DNA from: Phoronis australis
Taxonomy: Eukaryota > Animalia > Phoronida
DNA: 52,634 bases
Assembly: GCA_002633005.1 (NCBI GenBank)
Contig: NMRA01000326.1
Span: forward strand, 298,223-350,856
Direction of reading: 5' to 3'
The notes below the pieces were generated by a model. That model saw only the letters and a program-made list of their open reading frames with translations. It did no database searches and was not told where the DNA came from. Shown here piece by piece: positions 45,721 through 52,634 of this stretch. A program made the position numbers and the translations under genes. Position 1 is the first letter of the stretch, and each line of letters opens with the position of its first letter.

Positions 45721-47292
45721 CCAAGGTGCCATAAAGTTGTTGGATTTTTTGAGTTGCAACCAAGCTAGGCTTGCGTTAGCTGCTAACCAGCGGCGAATTC
45801 TGAGCAACACTGGCAATGACAGCTAGGTCCATTCGCCAACTTGGTGAATGCTTTCGCAACTTCATTTTCGGGAAACCTACTCGCATGTCAACTCACAGTC
45901 ATCTCGAATCAAGTAGTGCCGGAAACGACATTCTTTCTGCGATTCCAAGTACTAAAAGTAGAATGTTCCAGTCATTAATGCACACTTCTCGCTTCATAGC
46001 GAGGTCTCGTGTAGGTGCTACCGCTTGTTGTCTGCAAGTGACAATGTCAAACGACGAAGACTATTTCTGCGGCAAACGTGACCCAGTCTCTCAATGACTT
46101 TACACTTTAGACGTGGTGTGAGCCGGTCAAAATTACCCAGGGATAAAATTGAACTGAGTTGAGCTGTCACAAACATGCAATTTGAACTCAAAGTTTAACT
46201 TCATTATTTTCATATTACATGAATTTCTCCTAATTCATTACTAACTACCAATTTTCAGCGTATAATTTGTTGTGTCAAATATTGTTTGAGACTTGACACT
46301 GACAGGTTTTCTTTCCAAGGAATAAAAGGTGTGGATGACGCCGGGAAGAACAAGTGTGGTATCTATTTTAAAATCAAAATACGTCACATGTCATGTACAT
46401 AGTCAGCTTGCTAAGTGTCGCTAGTGTAAAAAGTTATTGAGGGACTGGGACGCGTTTGCATTTTGGTGCTGGCCGAAAGAAAGCAAGGTAAAATAAATGT
46501 CAGTTTATAACTTAATGAGTTTCATTCATTACTTACTCTGCAGAATTTAGCTATATTTTGCAAGCCACAAGTTATGTTAACCTTTTTTGGACTAAATGTC
46601 TTGCCCGCCATAACTCTGGGATAAGGGGAATTCCTGTCTAATTTTTTTAGGTCAACATAAATGAAATGCCCATTTGGCTGGCTAATTTTTTTTAAGGTCA
46701 ACATCATTTCAATTTCCATTTGACCGGCGTACCCACGCAGTGACTTGGGTATAGGGGGAACCTCTGTCAAATTTTTTGGTCATATTTAAACTCATGTTGG
46801 GTGACATCCTCTACAACTTATTAGGTTGCTATTTGACCTTGGAATGTTGATCATTTTTTTTTGAAGCAAGTGTCTCGTAGTACATTATGCAAATGACCTG
46901 TATATAACATGAAAAATAAAAAGTTTGGTCCATGTAACTGTATTTTTATCAATTGTGGGGGTGGGGAAAAGATAAAGTATTTGTCTACCGTAATAATTTT
47001 TGAAAATGGATAAAAGTTTTCAGATGCATTAGCCAATTTGGTTCATACCTTTAAAAGTCTAGCGCAAGTCTAGCCAAGTCATATGAAGAAAAATTCATCT
47101 GTAATTTGTTTTGACATTTGTGGTGACTTCCAAACTTTGATATCAATGAAGAATTCCCAAATAAAATATCTTTGGTTCACAATTGCTATTACAGTCAGTG
47201 GTGTACGATTGTCACCCTCGGCAATACATCCAAGCATACTCACAAACTTGATGGGTAAAAAATGGTGCCCGTTCTGTCAACGCAACACACTT

Positions 47293-47600
47293 GCAGGGAT
47301 ATTCCTGGACTGCGCTTTTGCAACATTAGCACATTAAAATAATAAGACATAATTATGTTTCTCCCCAGGCACATCTTTTAAAATGCAACAATCTTCTAAG
47401 AATGCAAGATCTTAGTCAACTTAGTTGGGTAAAATATGACTCTGTTCTTGTTTCAATTGTCCTTGTTGTTTCTGTTTCATGTGGTACCACTTGAATTACA
47501 CTAAGTCTGCTGGGCACATTTTTTTTTTAAAAAAAGGCACATTTTTTATTATCAGGTGCGCCCTTTGGGTTTAATTAAACCTGGTCAGGAATATCCCTGC
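47293..47600. mobile_element. MITE remnant with CAGGGATATTCCTG TIRs
   Basis: GCAGGGATATTCCTG ... CAGGAATATCCCTGC; TSD not evident. Confidence 0.55.
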
Positions 47601-47607
47601 AGTGAAA

Positions 47608-47700
47608 ACGCAAGACCACACAAGACCACACAAGACCACACAAGACCACACAAGACCACACAAGACCACGCAAGACCACGCAAGTCTACGCAAGTCTAGC
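47608..47700. repeat. 10 bp tandem repeat (CAAGACCACA)n
   Basis: About 9 copies. Confidence 0.95.
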
Positions 47701-50410
47701 ATGTGATCACACTTGCATGTTTTGTGATGGATTGTTTTTTCCTAGTAAATTTGTTTTTAAAAATATTTTGCAATTTACACATTACATTTCACTATTTGAT
47801 AAATTGTCATTTTTAAGCCAGTTCATCACACATAATTCAAGTGTTGCATTAGATATTGTCGACTGTTCTTGAGGTGGGATGGTTCAGGCTTGCTTATCTG
47901 ATAAGCTTAAACCAAATACAGACATCAGCTGTTAACTTGGAAAATTCCATTGGCTTCTGAAAGATGGTTAATGTTTTCCAAAACCAAGAACGGGTAATTT
48001 TAACGTAAAGGTTGTATTGTGATGGCTACTTTTTATTTTTTATCACAATACGTGAGAATAATTTAAATGAAGTGATTTGTTTACATTTTGAAGCGAGTTT
48101 TAAAAATTGCACAACCCACAACCTGAATTCAACTTTCCATGTGTCAAGTAGTCATTACAGTGTGTGACTGACCTTTGTAAAGTGACACTCTTAACACACT
48201 TCTCAGTCAGACACGTAAGGGCCGATATGATGCGTGCCGCTCATCTTGTAGGGAAATTTCACTGCCTTATTTCTCTATTCGAGACGGTTGAGCTGTAGGT
48301 GGTATGGCATCTGTCTGAGGTGGCACTGACCATTTGTCCAAAACGTACTGAATCGCCATCTAGTGACAGTGTGTTTCAATGTGTTGCCGCTATGGGCAAT
48401 GTTGCACATATCAAAGTGCTGTCGATTTCAAGAGATGACGGATGGTATGGTAAAATTTGTCCAGTTTAGCACTGAAAATTATTTTGTTCAAGGATGGAGC
48501 TTGTGTCTAATTATTAATTGGAAGTAGGCAATATTGATTATCCCTAGTGCAAGAATTACAATCAACAACAGCAGGGGCATTAGATCACCTCATAGTCATT
48601 CTATGGGATGCATTAAAATGTTGCTTTGACTGCTGTTTTTGATGATTTTATGAACTTACTTGTGTGTTTTCAGACTCAATTGATGCAAAATGTAGTGGCC
48701 GTCTGTCAGGTATTTGACAAATACGATGTTCCAACGTGACGTCCCAATATGACATCCCAACAGTACATGTCCTAATTTCCAGCTTCTGAACAATATAAAT
48801 CTTGAACCGGCATAGAAGTATAGGTCACATTTATACATTTATAAATCTGGTCTGCATGCCATCTGTTAGCCATGTCACATGGCCTAATGAACATAAGTCT
48901 GTGGGATCGATCGAGTTCAATGAAGAAAGTGATGAACAATGACGAGAACATAGCATATATTTATGTTTGTTAAACGTATCCATGCATTGTCTGCTGGTTA
49001 CAAACCGAAACGCAAGTTAACTCTGACACGTTTATTTCCATATTAACTGAAAGCTCAGTTTCAACATGAAAACTTCGAATGAGCAATTACCCAAAATAGA
49101 TTACAAAGACAATCATAACAGTAAAATGAGTAGTTTCTCATCGACTCGTGATCCCCATTCGTCGTCCTGGTACTCGTCTGAATTGTTGAAGAAGCGCTGT
49201 CGTTCTACATGTTTAGGCCTAGTGCAAACGATGGGAATGCGTGGACTAGTACAGTGCTGCGCGGCTGAAGACACGATTAACTAACATATTGTATATATAA
49301 GGGCGTTGTCTAGAAAGCGAATGCAATTTCAAGTGCTACCAACACCAAAATTCACCCAACCGTTTTTTACAATTAAACCCTTTCTCATCCACAGCCTTTG
49401 AAACGCCCGATGTTAACTCAGTGATACACTGGCGCGTCTTCATGCAACTGAGGTGACCTAACACATCTGGGTTCGCGTACGTTTTTAACCACAGTGAAAA
49501 CTCTGACTTGTGAAATCTGTTTGTGGATGACATGGAACTGATAACCGTTAAAATTTTCTGATAATCTGCGTGGAAGATAACAGGGCCGTTTCTTCTGGTC
49601 GTCACCAGTTTAGCGCCGTCCACGGTCGTCAATTTCGCGCATCTCAGTCTCCCTGAGTCACNNNNNNNNNNNNNNNNNNNNNNNNNNNNNNNNNNNNNNN
49701 NNNNNNNNNNNNNNNNNNNNNNNNNNNNNNNNNNNNNNNNNNNNNNNNNNNNNNNNNNNNNNNNNNNNNNNNNNNNNNNNNNNNNNNNNNNNNNNNNNNN
49801 NNNNNNNNNNNNNNNNNNNNNNNNNNNNNNNNNNNNNNNNNNNNNNNNNNNNNNNNNNNNNNNNNNNNNNNNNNNNNNNNNNNNNNNNNNNNNNNNNNNN
49901 NNNNNNAAACGAAAGCATTCAATTTGGGACAGCGTGAACTCATGAAGGACGTTAACCAGGCAATTCAAGAACCGATCTACTATTAATATACTTAATTTTC
50001 TTTCTTAATACATACTTAACCAATTACAATCCATCTATGTCGACGGTTTTTATTTCATTGCGTCATATATTTGCTACAGTTATGGAAAATAATTCTTCCT
50101 ACAGGTCTCTGCTGATGGACACTACACACTTCAGCTAACATTTAAAGTACGTGTATGAACAGTTGCGAGTTTACTGAAGTCTCATAATAAGTACAGAAAT
50201 GTTTTTGAAAAATAACAGTGACTACCTTGCCCAATTTCAAGGGTGAGTGCAGTTGTAAAAGTTCTAATAATTTGTCAAGGATCACTATTACCTATTCTAT
50301 AATATCAGCCATTGATGGATGCTTACATAATTCCATGATGTAAGTTACTGTAGCTGTAAGTTACCTTACATCAGCTGCTGGTCAAGTTTTATAGGCTGTG
50401 GTATTGCATT

Positions 50411-51570
50411 GTTATGCCCCTACATATTTATGTGTGGGTGCATTATTAGTGCTGTCATCTCTGTCTGCCCAGACATCCAGCGTCCATAGCTGTATCTCCT
50501 GAACCCCTCACAGGATCTGGATGAGACTAGGCATATGTGTTCCTGCGACGGATGACGATGAATTTCGGACTGACCCGATTACTGGTGTGCCTCCTCGTGG
50601 CAGTTTTAGTTTTTTACGTTTACCTCTATCTTCAAAGGTCCTCAACCTAGATTTTCATGAAACTTGGCACATAGGCATATATTAATGAGGTCACACTATC
50701 CGAGCGCTTTCGAATTCCTTCAAATTATTTTACGCAGCCTAGTGGACATTTTTACTGTTTTTGAGTCTGTTTTTGGCATCCGCCCCTCTATCAACCAAGC
50801 CGCCCTGAGGATGATTGTGAAAATTATTATGTATGCTCTTACTATGAAAAGGGCAGCTGTCAATGATTTTCCAACGACTTTGACTTCTGAAGCGCCTTCT
50901 AGTGGTAGTTTTGATTGATTTTGCTGTATCTCGTAAACGCTCTGCAGGATATTTATTACATTTAGCAGGTATTTTTATATTAAGTTGACAAAAACTGACA
51001 ACTTTCGAACGGATTGGACTACCGGTGTGCCCTCTCGTGGCAATTTTAGTTTTTTATGTTAACCACTGTGACTTCAAAGGTCCTCAATTTATTTTCATAA
51101 AAGTTGGCATATAGGCATCTATAAGCAAGATGACGCTATCCTCCTGTTTTTAGATGGATACGGCGTAGTTTGTGCCACCTAATGGCCGTTTTTACTGTTT
51201 TCGTTTTTTGGCGTCCACCCCTCTATCAACCAAACCGCTCTAAGGATGTGAAAATGGGCACGTATGTTCTTACTATGAAGAGGATGGCTGACGATGATTT
51301 TCTGATGACTTTGACTACTGTCGCACCTCCTAGTGGCAGTTTTGCATTTTCCCCAATGGCTGTATCTCCTAAACCATTTGCATGAACTTTACTGAATACC
51401 ATTGTGCCCCCTAGTGGCAGTTTTTTACGTTTACCTCTGTAACTTCAAAGGTCCTCAACTGATTTTCATAAAATTTGAACTGTAAGCATCTATTGGAGAG
51501 ATGACGCAATCCTCTCGTTTGCGGATGGATTCAAGGTATTTTGCGCCACCTAGTGGCCATTTTTGCTGTT
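50411..51570 (+). mobile_element. HINE/DINE-1-like element with internal ~145 bp tandem monomers
   Basis: Start TTATGCCCCTACATAT..ATGTGTGGGTGCAT is homologous to 6080; about 8 diverged monomers. Confidence 0.75.
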
Positions 51571-52634
51571 TGTGAAACCTGTTAGAATGCTGTCACTGAG
51601 TCTTCTAGATTTTTCAATAGACAGGGAATGCCTGCTACATTATTAGCAAATGCTGGTTTTAGAATACAGTAAAAAGTTCCCTTGGAACAGTCCTGCCAAA
51701 CTGACGGTAGGGTTAATACGACAGGGGACCAGTGTCAGTAATTCTCTTACATTCTACTGTTACCCAAATGATATACTCTCTGAATCAATAATCTGTGCAG
51801 TTAATCAAATGATTTCTTCTGTGGTAAACCATTACTGTAGTGTGGTGCTATTGATTAGCTTAGCTGCCAGCCAAGGTAAGGCACAGCCTCAGGCCTCAGT
51901 GTTATTTCTAAAACTTGTTTCCTTTCATCACTTGTTATTGTTTACTGATAATGAAAAGTCATGAGTAAAACAAAGATTGTGCCCAGTTGGCTGTCGAACT
52001 AAAAGTGTATTGATATCAACAAATAATAGAATATATACAGAAATGTACAGGAAGTCTATAGGTTCTAGGAATATGACTAATAGAGTACTGACTACAAAAC
52101 AGGAACCACTAAACCATAAACAACAACAGGATAGAATATTATGTGACGACAGGATATAAACACATTCCAATACAGTTATCAAATTCCACTCTCTTTCTTT
52201 TCCTTAAGATGATCCATACACCAAAAACTATATAAATCGGTAAATAAAACAACAAGAATGGATCAACTGAAATTTGAAATTTTCGGAGGTAACAACTTCC
52301 TTTATCAACAAAAACAGAAATAAAGTAAAATCAAACACGAAATGACAATTGACATATAAGATATGGTGTAATGAAAATGATACATTTTTGCGTAAAAAAT
52401 TCAATGACATATTTTAAGTTTTTATGTTCAATCCATGAGGTTCTATTGTATTCAGTTTGTCTATCCAATATTGTTCTCTTTTAAGTCTGTGAGGGGTACT
52501 GGGGTGTTGGAGTTTTTCTATTATTTGTACAGAAAGATCTTGAATATTATGGTTTTTGGAATTGAAATGATTACCTACAGTATCAGAAATGTTTTTATGT
52601 ATTATGTTAAATCTATGATTACGAAACCGAGTTT

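Overview
AT-rich, intron-containing animal genomic DNA, probably from an invertebrate (not prokaryotic), with two N-gaps (6444-7379, 49662-49906) and three single-N joins (753, 2616, 41773). It contains (i) 14 recognisable coding exons of a + strand MTSS1/MIM-family gene (I-BAR/IMD C-terminal half, Ser/Pro-rich middle, C-terminal WH2; 7970-27573, 5' exons not found in the window); (ii) a complete 3-exon, ~329 aa SNX20/SNX21-like sorting nexin on the - strand (41142-35765), convergent with MTSS1; (iii) a probable first exon of a third, divergent + strand gene at ~43630-43715. Introns and intergenic DNA hold TTAA-flanked Kolobok-like DNA transposon derivatives (one retains decayed, convergent THAP and P2X7-ballast-like/KolX reading frames plus a nested hAT-type MITE), Helentron/HINE-like elements whose internal monomers carry CTCF-like and YY1-like motifs, other MITEs, a tRNA-derived SINE head, a CR1/L2-group LINE 3' end and many minisatellites. 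I see no convincing wholly new biological system. The most notable observations are a duplicated-motif MTSS1 cassette exon with a GC donor, the THAP+ballast transposon pair, the CTCF-like motif array, and an apparent presence/absence insertion captured as two haplotypes side by side. All calls come from reading by eye and from recalled family motifs, with no database searches.
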